Positions 39,902-53,910 are shown, counted from the whole stretch's first letter. The stretch: 63,111 nt of DNA, filler included, from Choristocarpus tenellus KU-1152 (GCA_964200185.2; 10 parts of 10 records of this genome joined end to end with filler, not necessarily neighbours in it), one strand, 5' to 3'. Program-made: numbers and translations. Notes: generated from the letters alone by a model not told the origin.

Positions 39902-40564
39902 ATAGGATACACAGCGTCGTGTGCGTTGTGTGTATTGTTGGATGGTTAAGGAGGCCCGAGATACACAACATGAGGGGGTAGCATATCTCACACTCCAGGC
40001 ACAAAATGTGCATGCATGCGCAATAAATAAATGCAAAATGCATACCTGTTGAGTCCAGAATAATCACCATCATCGTAACATTTCACGGTGTAACATTGTG
40101 TGTGTTGTTGCTATTTTACCTGGTTGTACACTTCAGTTCTTCACAAAGCCTTTTGGAAGTGATTACTCCTGTATATGACAACTTCTTGTAGCCGTGATCT
40201 TGGTCGTTTTCCTCCTTTATGGATATATCTACAAAAATAATGTGAGTGGGAACTGTAACTACTCATACATAGTGATATATAATATATGTAAGTATTTTTG
40301 AACTGATAACATTTTGTTTACCAAGTGTGTAATATTCACCAATTCGTAACTTTTAGCCAGCACAGAGAGTAGGATATCTACCTTCACATTCGCTGAGGTT
40401 TCGGTTTGACAACAATCAATCGCCTTCTCCTTTGCTTCCTTCGCTCTTAAAAAGTTACCTCAACTCCTTCCTTATATAAAACATACATGTGCGACAGTCA
40501 GGAGTCTCAGATGCCCGAAACGTAGGATAATAATACTGCAGTAAGATCTAATGACACCACAACG

Positions 40565-40745
40565 GACCCAAAGTATGTGTGGGTGTGTGTGTGGGGTCTA
40601 CATCAGGGTGTCCATTTGGGTCATAACCAGAAAAAGTGCACATATACATTATCCATCCGACATATGCAACCAAATCACCCAAAAATCACGACATAAAAAT
40701 TGTCCCCAAATGGACAGCCGCCACCCACCCCAGATACTTTGAGTC
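40565..40745 (+). mobile_element. MITE family 1, full-length (181 bp), perfect 4-bp TSD AACG
   Basis: AACG|GACCCAAAGTAT...ATACTTTGAGTC|AACG. Confidence 0.92.
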
Positions 40746-43700
40746 AACGACTAGTTATGATGGGTGAGTAGGCGCAACAATAAGTATCAGAAACAATTTT
40801 TCTATGTATTCTAGAATACTATAGTTTTAGTAGGTCTGACAGATTGTCACCCTCGCTAAAAATGTCACAAAAACACCTTGACAGGAGTTATTAGCAACAA
40901 CAGTGATGGTGCATACACTCGCTAATTAAAAAGTTACGAAGTTCGTATATTTAGGGGGATGAAGACGTATTGTAACATAGGTAGGTCCCATGTCATAGCA
41001 AATCGTGTTCGCTAATCCGATTGTACTGACTATACAATACGGAAGGCTACCTCTCGGTAGGGTCGAGGGGTATTAGAATGTCCAACAAAGCCTACTCTTT
41101 ACCAGGAACTCCAGGGTAACCACTCTCATTTATTTGTGGGACGATAATATTCGACTGAGTGTAACATGTAATATAATATTATTACGCCCTCTGACATTTT
41201 ATTATTTGCAGATGGGTCAGGGGAAAAGCCAACTCAATATCATAAGAGCTCCTGCATAAGTAATAGTTAACGTAAATGTGAAAGATATTCCTCTAAAATC
41301 TATTTACTATTTGACTACCAGCAATGCTACACCACTACCCTCCTATGCCTCCAGCATAGCTTAGCCCTACACCACAGGGTGAGGAGCTAGTGAAGCATCC
41401 AAAGAATCTGACAGGGTCCTCCTTGCCCAACGCCCTGGTGTATCCAGATTAAAACGCATGACACGTCTTGATAGAGCAACTTGTATTGTGACATATACAA
41501 TATATCATAAACGGGATTTGACAGCCCTTTCCTGTTGTAGCCTCCCAGCCCTCTCCCCCCTACTACGTGCGTAGCCCACTCATCCAGAAACTTTATGCTT
41601 GCGTAATGAGGCGCCCGAAAATTTCCACCGAGAAGGCGTCGAGGGACTTCGCAGTGGGTTTAGTATCTTAATAATCTCTCACATACAAAATGTAGGATAT
41701 TGTCGCCTTTGTGAATTGTGTTTCTGTTGAGAACACTACAGAGTCACGTACTACGGTAGACCTTGTAAAGAAGAGGTACCCAGAATTGTATTTGAAGGAT
41801 GCTCACAAATGTGTCAAAGATTTGTCTTTTTCTGCAGATGGATATCATAACTTTTCTGAATCCTATCTATGGAAAAATTTCAAGCAAAAGGGAAATTAAC
41901 GCTCTCAAGTCAAACTTTGCACCTCATTTATAGAAATATGGTAAAATGCCGAAGATTGAAAAAATCGACTTAAAAGGGAAAACGACCAACCTGCACCTCT
42001 CATTTACTTCAACTGTGGATTTAAAACATCCACTGCATGGGATAATATAAAAATATTTGGAGAAAGAAATAGTGGACGATGTTTAAAAACATAAAAGTCA
42101 TGCCACACCACTTTGAACATCAATTATTACGTAGTGCGTCAGCGACATGATAGTACTACCAGTATATTTTGTCTGGACACAACCACCACCATGCTTCTTC
42201 AATAATAGTATACAACATTGAAATCGCAACAATATATTGCCCTAGTTAGTTATGATAATACTGCCGTGTAGTTATCACATGGTACTACAACAATGCACCT
42301 GATGCCACCACTGTATAAGACAGTTTCTGTATCCTGACCTCTCCTCACCACCATCCTGACCCTTGTCAAACTCCAAAGCACCCCCCACACCAACCTCACT
42401 GTTCACCCCCTGTAAGCATATTATGTGCGAACTTACTAAATGAACCGTCTTATTCACGTTATTTCTCAGACTTTAATCCAACAGCACATACTACGTACAT
42501 CCTTTTACTATGCACCCTAAGTAACCGGAAGCTACCATTATTGTATCACTTCTTCCATGGTTTTCATCACCTGCCTTACAATCTATATCCATTCAAGACC
42601 ACATGGCAGTCTCCGCAGTCTATATGATTCACTTTCAACCCAAACTAACATATAATAATCAATCCTGCTGGCGGTGTACAATATCTATCGCATCATGATG
42701 AGTATATGTCCCAACTATATGGTAAGTTTTGTCTACATGGAACTAAAATAACTCTATATCCCTCTTCCTACCCAAGCACCACACACAAGCCTTCACCTGA
42801 TTTTTTTCTCTAGGGAACTGGATGTGGAATCAGATGCGGAGATGTAGTTACAGATCACAATTGTTCCCTGACTCGTTATGCTGATGGTGAGCGATGCAAG
42901 CGGAGACCGAGAACCAGGGTACTTGAAACACGCTGTGGCACAAAAAAAGGTAAGGCATGAATGAGGTGCGTACCTAGGAGGTGGAGCTATTTGCAGCAAG
43001 CTTGGTTGAGCCAAGAATGAAAGGAGGTCCAACGTCTCAGGAAGGGGTGAGGGTGATGATGCAAGAAGAGGCTGTGCAACCTAAAGTTGATATTTCAATA
43101 ATTACATACAACAACTGGCAATCTGTGTGGCGTATGCAATCTGGGACAAGGTAGATTTAGCCATCTTGCCGTCCATGTATAACCAATTTGTGGATGCAGC
43201 AAAAACTAGGGGAGGGAATGAGATTGGCTGGTTGGAGGGAAAGAAGATCTGGAGCGTTGTCCGTGAAGAACGGACGAGGGAGACGGGGAATCCCATCAAT
43301 TTAATAAGGATAGATAGGCTTTACATGCCAAGAGAGTAGTTTTGGACATGGATGCGATACAAAAGTGAAAGCGGTATAGTTGTGGACGAAGTAGCGAGAG
43401 GTGAAAATCATCCCATGTGATACAAGAGTAAAAGGGGTATATATAGTTGTGGACGTGAAAATCATCATCATACAATTTCTTTGGAGTGGTTACAACGCCC
43501 AACACTCAACTACATATATATATGGATGATACTGTTGTTGTAAAGAGAGAAAGTTAGGGGTAGAAATATGATGAAGTTGACCGCATGGCATTACGCTATC
43601 TATGATACTATATTGTATATACTCACAATAAGTATATCAAAATGAGATGTTCTTCTTAGTAGATAGAATACGGAAGACAGAAAGCGACCTTTCGAACATT

Positions 43701-44117
43701 GTGATAGAATTGGAGAGTTAGTGCGTTCAAGGAAGTTTCAAGATTCAACTGGTTTGATAAAAAGTCAATTTTGATGGAAGGTTTTCCTTAGATTGTGTCG
43801 TCCTCCTACGCAACAAGTGACATCTTGCGCGCAGTGGCGATAAAAGAGGGAATTGATCTCTTTTCTTCCATTGATTGGGTAATATTTGTCCAATCGTCCT
43901 AAACATTACACCGGGTACGTAAATTTCTGACTGTGTGCTATTTCTCAGACCAAAAACAAAAATAAATACAAGGTTGAAGATCACCCTTCCAACCTTGCGA
44001 ATGATGTGCGAAAGGTACTTACTTGCCAGTTGCAATAATTAGTTGTAGTATTGCTACTGCGATCGAAGCGGGAGGTGGGAGGGGGGGGAGTGGGGAGAAG
44101 TGCCCGGTCCCATTAAG

Positions 44118-47100
44118 ATGGAGATCCTTTCCATCGCTGGGTTGAACCTTGGCTTTGAGAATGAGTGTAGAAGGTCGAAGGTACCCAGTTTTGTACCCGC
44201 TGTTGTTTGCGGAAGAAGGACGAGACAGAGAGGACCCGACTCTGGGGGTGGCCTAATGAGCATTGAGGAGGAGGGGGTGGTAGGTCAGATATTCTTCTTC
44301 CTAAACCCAGAAGACGGTTTGGAACTTTCGTCGGCCAGCCGGAAGCTACTGGAGTTTCGACGCGCGGTGCGCGTTCGACGTATGTCTTGTCTCTATGGCG
44401 AACGGTGGGGCACAAGGCACTTTATATCACGCCTCTACTCGTACCCATTCTTGCGTGAGGTTGTCCTCACGGGCGGTGGTTTAAAGGCAGCTGATCTTCG
44501 TATCCTCTTTGAAACGATCGGAAAGATCTGGGTCACCAAGAAGGATGACGATGATAAGTATGGGACTCCAACACAGTCCGGATGTATTTGCGAGTGTCAT
44601 CTTCCTCGAGCGGTTGGGCTAGCGGTTGTGAGGCTCGACTGGAATCACCATAGTGCTATGGCAGGATGGAATGTTGTGGCAAGCATGCTGCGGGCAGGGG
44701 GCTGCCCCACAGTTCAGATCCTTGATCTGAGCACTGCACCGATGATTCTTGAACGTAAAACTGATCCCTCAACCCCTCGTTCTAGTGAAGAAACCTGCAG
44801 AGGGGTTAGCGGTGTTCCGGCTACGGCCACGAGTGAATTTCGTTTCGCCACCCATGTTGCCGAGTCCCTTGTAGAGGGGGCAGGGGATAAGATATCGCTT
44901 CGGCGGTTTGTTCTGCCTCACGGTAGTTACCGTGGATTGTCCACTGGGTTGCTAGAGAGAATGGCGAAGCTGGACATCGCAGACGCTGCTTGCGAGCTTG
45001 GTCGACGTTATGAAGAGAGCCCTCAGCCTATCGAGGGCGATGTAATGGAAGCCGAGGTAAGAGAGTTGAGGACGAAGCTTTTCTGAGTTGCCACCCCACC
45101 ATGATGTTCACCAAGGAAACTTCAGACTGAGAAGACAAGTGATGTTCTCGTGGTCACATGTTAGGAACTGTACTATTCCTCTACATTAGTTTCCACGAAG
45201 ACTCTGATATTCTTTCTTTCCTCTTCACGCGCTTGTTTGTTCCTTCTTGAAACAAAGGCTTGGTACGCACAAGCTGCACGATTGGGAATGACGGAAGGAG
45301 CATTTCGGGTCGGGATAATAAGCAGAGATAGAAGAATTACCATGTTCTACCTTGGTTGGGCTGCAGCCCGCGGTCACCGGGCTGCCCAACTTGAGCTTGG
45401 CCGCCAATGTCTAAGAGGTCATTGTTATAAGGATGCAGTAAGGTGGCTCTCCAACGCTGGCCAAGTGAGGACTCGTGTAATGGGCTCCTTGGTTCATTCT
45501 CCTTTCTTTTCTATTGCTCAATGCCAAATGTGGTTCAAAACTCTTGATAGTAGGGCAAAGATGAGGGAACGTGTTTGCTGCACTCAAATCGAGTGGTTTG
45601 TGGTTCGAAATCACTGTACCCTAGTTGAGTACTTGTAGTAACCTTTCCCTGTGCGGCATCAGGGCAGGGTTACAAAACCCGGAAAATATGGGGTAGGAAC
45701 CAATGAAACCATATGCTGTTTATTGTTTCTGTTCCACAGATCAAGTTGCTTTTTGTTTGACGGCAAGTGCAAGTGGTTGACCCCCATTGTTGTCCCCCCC
45801 ACCAACAATGAGGTAAGCTTACCTTCTGTACTGTTGTCTTCACTTGGCATTTGTGGTGCTGATGAGATAAAGCAATGTGTGAAAGAGATACCATACCTCA
45901 CTCCCTCAATCCCTCTTGACCTCTTCACTTGTGTGGTGTCGACTGGTTTTCAGGCTGGACTGGCAGAAGCCATGTCTCTCCTGGGTGACATATATGCAGG
46001 TGGATTTGAAGGCCAGGAAGATGGAATTGAGGCAGTTCGCCTGTACCGTCTTGCCCTAGAAATGAGTGCTGACTCATCTGACCCTGAGACGTTGGGAAAA
46101 GCAAGGAAGGGGGCCTTGATGTGTCCAAGCATGACTGGAGGGGAGGTCGATGTGCTTCATGGAACCGATGCTGCTGTTCCCCTCACACCGTCCCAGTATG
46201 CTTGTGTTGCCTATCAACTGGGCATCATGAGCATGGTGCGTGTGTGTGTCCTTACATGTACATATTTATAAATGTAGTGCCCAGTTTGGATTTGTGCACG
46301 CTGTAGTTCAATTTTGTCGGCGCTGTGAGTGTTTGGTATGAGTGCAATGTGAGTGAAGTGTTAGATGCGTTCAGATAGACCTAGTTGATGCACACACCTG
46401 CACTCGTTCCTATTTGACAAGAATCTATTTTCCTCAAAGCGGTACAGAAGTGATGCCGTCCATGCCATGTCTTTTCTTTTTGAAGGTACAAATTGAGTAT
46501 ATTGGTGACAGCTTATTCTGGACACCCCCAAACGATTCAAGGAGGCCTACGGAGCTCAAAACTGAACTCGCTGTCCACCCTGCTCTGAAATTTGTGTCTA
46601 CCATCTTTGTTGGGCTTAGGTGGGACGGGGTTGCCCGGTTGATCTCTTGGAGGCAAAACGGATGTTTCAGCATGTGGTGAACCATGAGGCCAACGAAACA
46701 GATGTGGCTCAGCTACCAGCCAATACATACGCTGGAGCACGCTACTTTCTTTCGCTGGTGATCCTGCACGAATTTCAGGTGTGATTCAACGGACAGCTGT
46801 TGGGGTGTGTGCAGGATTAAAAACTCCTTTTAGGAGAGGGGAATATAGAGGCGTATTGTATTATAGGTATTTAAGATTATGGGGATTTTTACCGGTGGAA
46901 GGTCCTTTTTGGTAGAGGGGAATGCAACCGAGTTGAGCAGCAAGATGTGAGGGAATAGTACTCCTTGTGCTAAGGAGAATATATATTTTTTTGGGAGGAT
47001 TTTTTTCATAGCTGCAGGATACGACTCGCTTGTGTACATTGTGTTGATTATGATGCTACATGACGTCCACTGTTCACCCTTCTGTGCCTCCCTGGGATTA

Positions 47101-47674
47101 CGCCTACAAAAAAGTGGAAACATCCACCTACCAGCCACCACCCTGCTTGTGGTGCATTCAATGCTGTTTTTTTCCACTCTCACTTCACTGGGCACTAATC
47201 TCCATCCACCTCCTTCACCTCTCTTCTTCCACACTTCAGACGTTTCTTTCGGCCTCGAGTCAAGCAGAGAATCAAGGTTGTGGGAGCAAGACTGCCTGCC
47301 TCCTTGGACCCAGGGATCTTGCCTCAGCGAAGACCATGCTGGATGGAGCAGCCTCTCTGCTCCATGAATCCGCCTTAGCTGGTCACACACAGGCATCTGC
47401 CCTGCTGAAAGGGCAGGTGAGGAGGGCACTTGCCCTGGTTGATGCCCTCAGTGATGACAGGGGAGAGGGAGATGTGGTGGTAGGCGGTAGGACTGGAACA
47501 CAGCTCAGGATGAAGAGGGCTAAGGGGACCCGGGCTACCCTTAAGAGCCGGAAATGGTGTCCAGTCCAGACTGGTTGTGGGCAAATTGCAGGGATAATGG
47601 GGGGGAATGTGTGTGGTAGAGGTGCGCTCTTGAAGGAGCTGGGGGCACTAAGACTTGTTCCTTGGGTCTTATGA
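44118..47674 (+). CDS. F-box-like / LRR-like / SEL1-repeat protein, apparently complete
   Basis: Exons 44118-45056, 45258-45464, 45954-46235, 47240-47674. F-box-like EEGVVGQIFFFLNPEDGLELSSASRKL; SEL1 repeats ACELGRRY..AWYAQAARLG, AQLELG..AVRWLSNAGQAG, AMSLLGDIYAGG..AVRLYRLA. Confidence 0.8.
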
Positions 47675-48935
47675 GCTTTTGCAGCTGTTTCACTTTGTGT
47701 TTAGGGGTAGGGGGGAAGTCAAGGGAAATATAGACGACTGGAGTCTGGGTTGTCAACATCTTTACAGGTTTGTGTCGAAAGCCTTTGCTTGCCTAACTTC
47801 ATTAGTAACACATCACAATAGTGTCTCTCTGGATGAGAATTGGAGAGGCTGTAGTTAGCTAGCCTCCCCTATTGTTCACCCTAGTAAAGAGAGTTGCTAA
47901 TCCCTGTGGGGGACACTGATGAGGATTGGAGGTGAGGATGAATGACTGCGGCAGGTCAGAGGTGATACTGTGCTGCAATGAACTTTGCCTTGCTTGGAAG
48001 AGTGCAGAGGGAATTGGGTGCTGTCAGTCAGACATGGCCAGCTATTTGCAATTGTGAGAGAGGTTCTTTGTGAGAAAGGATGAGGGTTACAAGGGCAGGA
48101 GATAGGAGAAGGGGTGTTTCACTGTGGTATGGATTTTCATGCGCGAGGTTTGACTCTGTTTGGATTAATTTTGTGTCTTGAAACTTCAGAAATGATGCAA
48201 AAAATTTGTGGTTTGTGTGACTTTGTTAGGGGTAGGGGGAGGGGGAGGGGAAGGAGAGGACAGAGTGTGGGTATTTGAGAAGATTGGGAACAAATTTCTT
48301 GAAGCTGGTGCGTTTGGGCACTGTGCATGGTTGGGGCCTCTCTGTTAGATGATGGATTGAAGAAAAGGAGAAAGAGTAGAAGGGATGATACAACCAGGGT
48401 GTGTGTGTGTCAGGGGTGTGTGTTTAACTGAAGTTTACAAGGATCTCAAGGAGATTCGATGAATAACACAGCGTGTGCTTTGTGTCCTGCCTGCAGGTGG
48501 GGCTCTGTGAAGTTTGGTGTTTTGTAAACCTCTGGAAGAATTGACTGGGTATTGCCAGGAGTCAAGTTTAAATGTGTTAAAAGGCGTTGCTTTTGGATGG
48601 GCGGCGTGTTTATATGAATGTGTATGTGTGATGGAGAGAGAAGTGAAGATAGATGGCGTGGAGAACAGAACAAGCACTGCCTGAGGGGAGAGGATTGAGG
48701 AGCAAGCAAAGTGGAATGCTCTGCAGCCTTGCTAGGATTGAGTGCTATTGAGATGGGGGTCCAAACCCGGAAGAGACCAGGCAGTCTCAGATTGACTCCG
48801 CGGTTGTTTTTTTAGGCGGGAATGCTATACAGGCACACCGTGGTAGAGTGGTACAGTACAGCTGCAATTGTAATTGTAGTGGGTGCTAAGGTGGAAGTCA
48901 TGCAATAGCAGTGATTACTGCAGCCACTACAAATT

Positions 48936-48978
<43 letters not shown>

Positions 48979-51900
48979 CGTATTTTACGTGGACAGGTTT
49001 AGTGTCTTTTTGAGATGGTTTGCTGTCTTTGAGGTGGCGGATGTGTCTTGCCTCTGCTGATAAGCATTGATGCACCTTAAGGGCAGGAAACAAACCAGTC
49101 CATGTCAATGGGTGTGCACCCTCTAGCCCATACTTTTTAATTTGAAATGTTGTGCTGCTGTATTTCGAGTTCCCCATCGCAGGATCCACAAGCAAGCATC
49201 AATGGCTAATCGATACGGAGGAGGATAGCAGCCAGTTGCTTATTTGTGGAAAGGGCAGGATTATCGGAAGATATACTAGGAAGACAATAGTGACAATTGT
49301 TGCTGCTGTAAGGAGCAGTACAGTGGTAGAATAGGTCTAGCAACCGATTGCTGTTACTATTATTGTTGATTGAATTATTTGTGCATGCTGTGTGGTTCAT
49401 GTTTCATTATTTAGTGCTCCTCAGCTGACTTGATTTTTTGGGATGTGGCGGGAGGGGTTTGGGATGCTTAGACGAAGCAATGGGGCATTATGTCGTTAGT
49501 TTGCCCCCAAGTGTGAAGAGAAGGGTGGTGTTGAGTTTGGGATGACTCTCGGGAGAGATGGGAAGTAGGGAGCAGGAGTTGAGGTGATCGGTGAATAAAA
49601 TAAATAAATAAAATAACATACATAGAAATATTATGTTCTTTTTTTTCATTTTTCGAAGTAGAAACAATAGATAACGAATGTGAAACTACTGTGGAAGCCA
49701 GGGTCGCTTGCTGTAGGATCATCATTCCGTTGAAACGTGGGAAAGAGATTCAAGAAGAGTGGTGTAATTTATTGGAGACGAGAGTGAGATTATACAAGAA
49801 CGGATTTTTTAGGATGTTTAATGCTGGGGTTGAAGCAGGGTTGCTCGCAACTGTATTGGTCTCCCACTCATCATGCGTTTCAACATCTGGTGAAGGAAAT
49901 TGTGACTAACTCTTCTTTCTATAACTGGCTCCGGTAATTTTAAACCCTTTCTTATTTTTTTCCGACCTCTCATGATCGAACATTGTGCACATCTTCAATT
50001 GCAAGATCGTCAATCCGTTTTGGAAACACCAATGAAGACCTTCATTTATTTATTATTATTATTTTTTTTTGGTCACCGTACTCTGCACGTTCCTTCGTGG
50101 TGGGGAAATACAACCCGGGATCTTTTTGTTGGGGAAGCCAGTCGAGAATCCGGACGAGGCGGAGACTGAAATGATGCAATACTTCCGAACAAATGTTTTG
50201 CTGTCTGCAAAAAACATCTACGTTGCCCACCTACGCAGTGAAATAGGGGGCTTGGTTGATATATTAGTGTTATCAGGACAAGGTCCTCTTAAGGAGTGAG
50301 AAAACAAGCGTCTTGCGTTCTTCCTGCTCACTGATTTACTTCCATGGGTATCAATCGTTTCGGGTAATAATGTGTAAATGTGAGATATGAAAATGGAACA
50401 CTCATACACTCGACAGCGTGACGCCCAACGCTATGTTGTGCTCGATACAGTATTATATTAATGTTTGATTAATGACATCAAAGTCTATGCAACATAGTAT
50501 GCTATGTGCAACGGTAGTGAAGTGGAGAGCGTCAACCATTATTGCAGGAGGGTACCTGAAGAACTAGATGCATTTTTGGTCCCTTTTTGGTAGGTGTTTT
50601 CTCCAACCCATCATGGTAAGAACCTGACCATAGCCCACTATTTGTTGTCGCAGAGGAGGTTACAAGTGGGTTTACCTGGTACCTATCTGATCCGTAGGCC
50701 TCATTACGGATGTAACCCTTGCGTCCACAAAGAAATTGACTGATACCATGGAGGGAAAAGGTACATGTTGCTATTGAGAAATGAGTTTAGCATTATTACG
50801 GTGGTCCTGCTACATAATTGTCACCAAATGTTATTGATCACCACACATGCTTTGTTTTGTGTTTTGCTAATGATTATTATTACTATTACTACCACAACAG
50901 AGCTACGCAAACAAGAACCTTGTCAGGGCAGAGCTGGTCTGTCAGAGGCTCCCATTGAGCCTGTCCACGTTTGTAGATGTGGACACGGACCTGAAGCATA
51001 GATAGTCACAGCCTAGCAAAGAAGAGTTCTCAGGTATACAGAATCGTCTATCATTTCATAAAATAATCTGATCAATGAGATTCTTTTTATGTTCTTGTCA
51101 TATTAAAAGAGTGAGCCAATACCTCTTCTCAGGGCAGCGCATTGTGGGCAAGGTTCGCATTACAAAGGGACATTGTTGTGTGCAGTTAGTAGTGCAGAAG
51201 TGATTTAGGAAGCACCTTGGGAACGACAACCTTCATGCACCAGAATTTCTTGTAGTTTTCTTCTTTGTCTTTTCCGTTCCCTTACACATATATATGTAAA
51301 AACAATTTAAATTGGGAGTGTTTACTGGTGGATGTTTTAACCACTTATCTGGATTTTTAAATTTACACGAAGTAGGAAATCGGAGGTGGGCAGAGTAGTA
51401 GAGCAATGCACATTTACATCCCGGCTTCGCCAAATTGTCTCGGTTACTACGCAAGTGGCACTGTCTAGACGTGTCATGCGTTTTAAGCTGGAATCACCAG
51501 GAAGATGGGCACGGAGAGGTTTATTGAATTCTTAGGATGCCTTCCTAGCTCCTCCCCCCGGGGCACAGGTATAGGTAGATTGGAGACACAGGAAGGCAGT
51601 AGTACAACATAGATAGTGGTGAAGTAACAAATGGATTAGTGTCTTTCACATTAATTACATTTTATTTCTTTAGGGTTTATGCTGACAATGTATATAGCTT
51701 CCTTTGGTTTCTCCTCTGACCTATCTCCAAAATGTCAGAGGGCATAATAATAAAAATACACCTTACCCTGAATGGGGTACGGTAATTTTCGAGAAATACT
51801 TTATTACACAATTTTAGCGAGTGTAACAGATTGTTACGTGTACACTCGCTTAAAAGAAATGCCTAAGTAACGGAGGGACAAACTCGTATTGTAGATATAT

Positions 51901-52599
51901 GTGCCAATACGTCATAGTAAGTGGTGTTTGTCCTATCAGATTGTGTCAACCACCATATGAAAGCCCTCTCTGTTTTGACTTGTGTGAGGGTTGTGCTTGA
52001 TAGGTGACTGGCATTGACATGTCCAACAGGGCCTACTCCTCGCGAGGAACCATTGGTTATAACTCCCTCTCCCTCCACCCCACTCTGGTTCGGTATGTTG
52101 GAAGATATCATCTTATGGAGTGTACACATTGTCACTATTGTTCTGAATCGTACTAGGTAGTAATATATATATGAATTTATGATCACTGACTTTTTGTAGA
52201 AGATGGTATCGTATAGACCAAAGATGTGAGGGGACGGGTACGTTGACCCTTGACCGACGTCCTTGACCGCAATATCGAGACCAGAACAGATTATGTCGGA
52301 AGGTTGTGATATCGATATTTCATTTTCGACTCACCCTGGATACATCAGGAAATTGGGTTCGACTTTCCCCTATGATTCCTCCCTCATTTTTAGACTTTAC
52401 AATGATATCATGGTCTAGAATTCTAGCATTTTATGATATAGTACAAACTTGTATCACTGTTTCGTATACAAGAACCCTAACGAAGAACAATACACAGAAG
52501 TGAAATAATGAATATTTCGAACTATAATAATAGCTTGAAAAAAGTAGCAATACAAGAACTATGTTATATACTCTGCTTGAACTTTGTTTGCCACTGTGA

Positions 52600-52980
52600 T
52601 CTAACTCCACACCCGCATTTGGGTATGCCTTGTCATCCTTGATGTGGTCCTGGTGCATCATCAATGTATTGTTGGCACGCACACACACATCATTTTTGCT
52701 ATGGAATTTGGGCTATGAGCGGGTGCTTGCCTTCTGCGACCTCACAGTATATTCTTCATTACTTCTGGTCAAAACCAGTAGCAGTTGGCGGCATGGAGAG
52801 TACATATTTGGTAGCAGCAGCCGACTCCTTCTGCCCTGCCTTGCTGAGCGTGTTCCACATTGCGCCCCCTGTCATATTCTACACCAGACCTAGTTGATTC
52901 TTGTCCTTGAGAGAACCGGTCTTGTTCATCGTAAACTACGCCATGCGCTACTTGCCTACAGGCCCCTTCATTCATATTTC
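52600..52980 (-). pseudogene. hAT transposase C-terminal dimerisation-domain relic
   Basis: Minus frame MWNTLSKAGQKESAAATKYVLSMPPTATG, resembling the hAT W.......LA..A..VLS.P.S motif, with multiple stops. Confidence 0.5.
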
Positions 52981-52990
52981 TAGCAAGTAA

Positions 52991-53055
52991 CAGCCGATTT
53001 CAAAAATTGAGGATGGAGCTTTTCATTGAGGATGGACTTAACCCAAAATTGACTG
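52991..53055 (+). mobile_element. Family 2 terminus (hAT-like), cut by gap
   Basis: CAGCCGATTTCAAAAATTGAGGATGGAGCTTTTCATTGAGGATGG. Confidence 0.6.
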
Positions 53056-53910
53056 NNNNNNNNNNNNNNNNNNNNNNNNNNNNNNNNNNNNNNNNNNNNT
53101 TAATTAATTAANNNNNNNNNNNNNNNNNNNNNNNNNNNNNNNNNNNNNNNNNNNNTTGTTTGTAGTGATTGTTGCAAATTTATATCAAATGGGAACGGGG
53201 GGTGGTTGGAGGGGCAGTAAGAATCTAGTGATCTGTTCTGTCTAGGTAATTGGTTGCTGTTAGGAGGTTATTTCACTGTCACTTTTGTTGATGAAAAATT
53301 GTGACCACCAATTGAGAAGAAGACTCCACACCAAAGTCAGAGGAGTGGTTGCCATCTGGAATTATTGTGGGGTGCAATACACAAGTGTTGAACAGTCTGT
53401 TAGAATAAGAACAATATTGGTCAATAAAAAAAAAATGATGCAGAGCAAGTAATCTAGGGAGAGGGGGTGGGGGGTGGGTGGGAGATTTGTCTTGAAGGGG
53501 AGATCAATAGCTGTGGTATCATTGGCTACACTTGAAACACAAGAATAAAAATAAGTGTTGTGAACGCATTTTTTTTTTCACCTTGAAGCGTGCACCTGCA
53601 CAGACAGCAATGGGGTCTTCACCCTCCAAACCAAAATAGCCTCTTGATGTGTGGGGGGAGATGAGATAAAGAGCATGTTTCTGTTGGTGTTTTATGTTAA
53701 TTTGTAACTGCCAATGCGGCATGTGGCCGTCCATGTCATGGGAAGGGGGCACCCTCTCTTTGTGCTTCACTAGCCAAAACCTCCCTCGAAGTCTCAGCTG
53801 CACAGATGAAATCAGAGACGCCTCATACGTCCAGGTGCCTGGTATCTCATGCATACATATCCTCTTGCCCCTCCCTTTCCCTTCCCCTTGTTGCTCCTCC
53901 TCCACCCCAG

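Noticed and set aside
41700-43340. Stop-ridden protein-like frames (41711-41899, 43127-43339)
   Set aside because: Resemble TE relics but no diagnostic motif was recognised.
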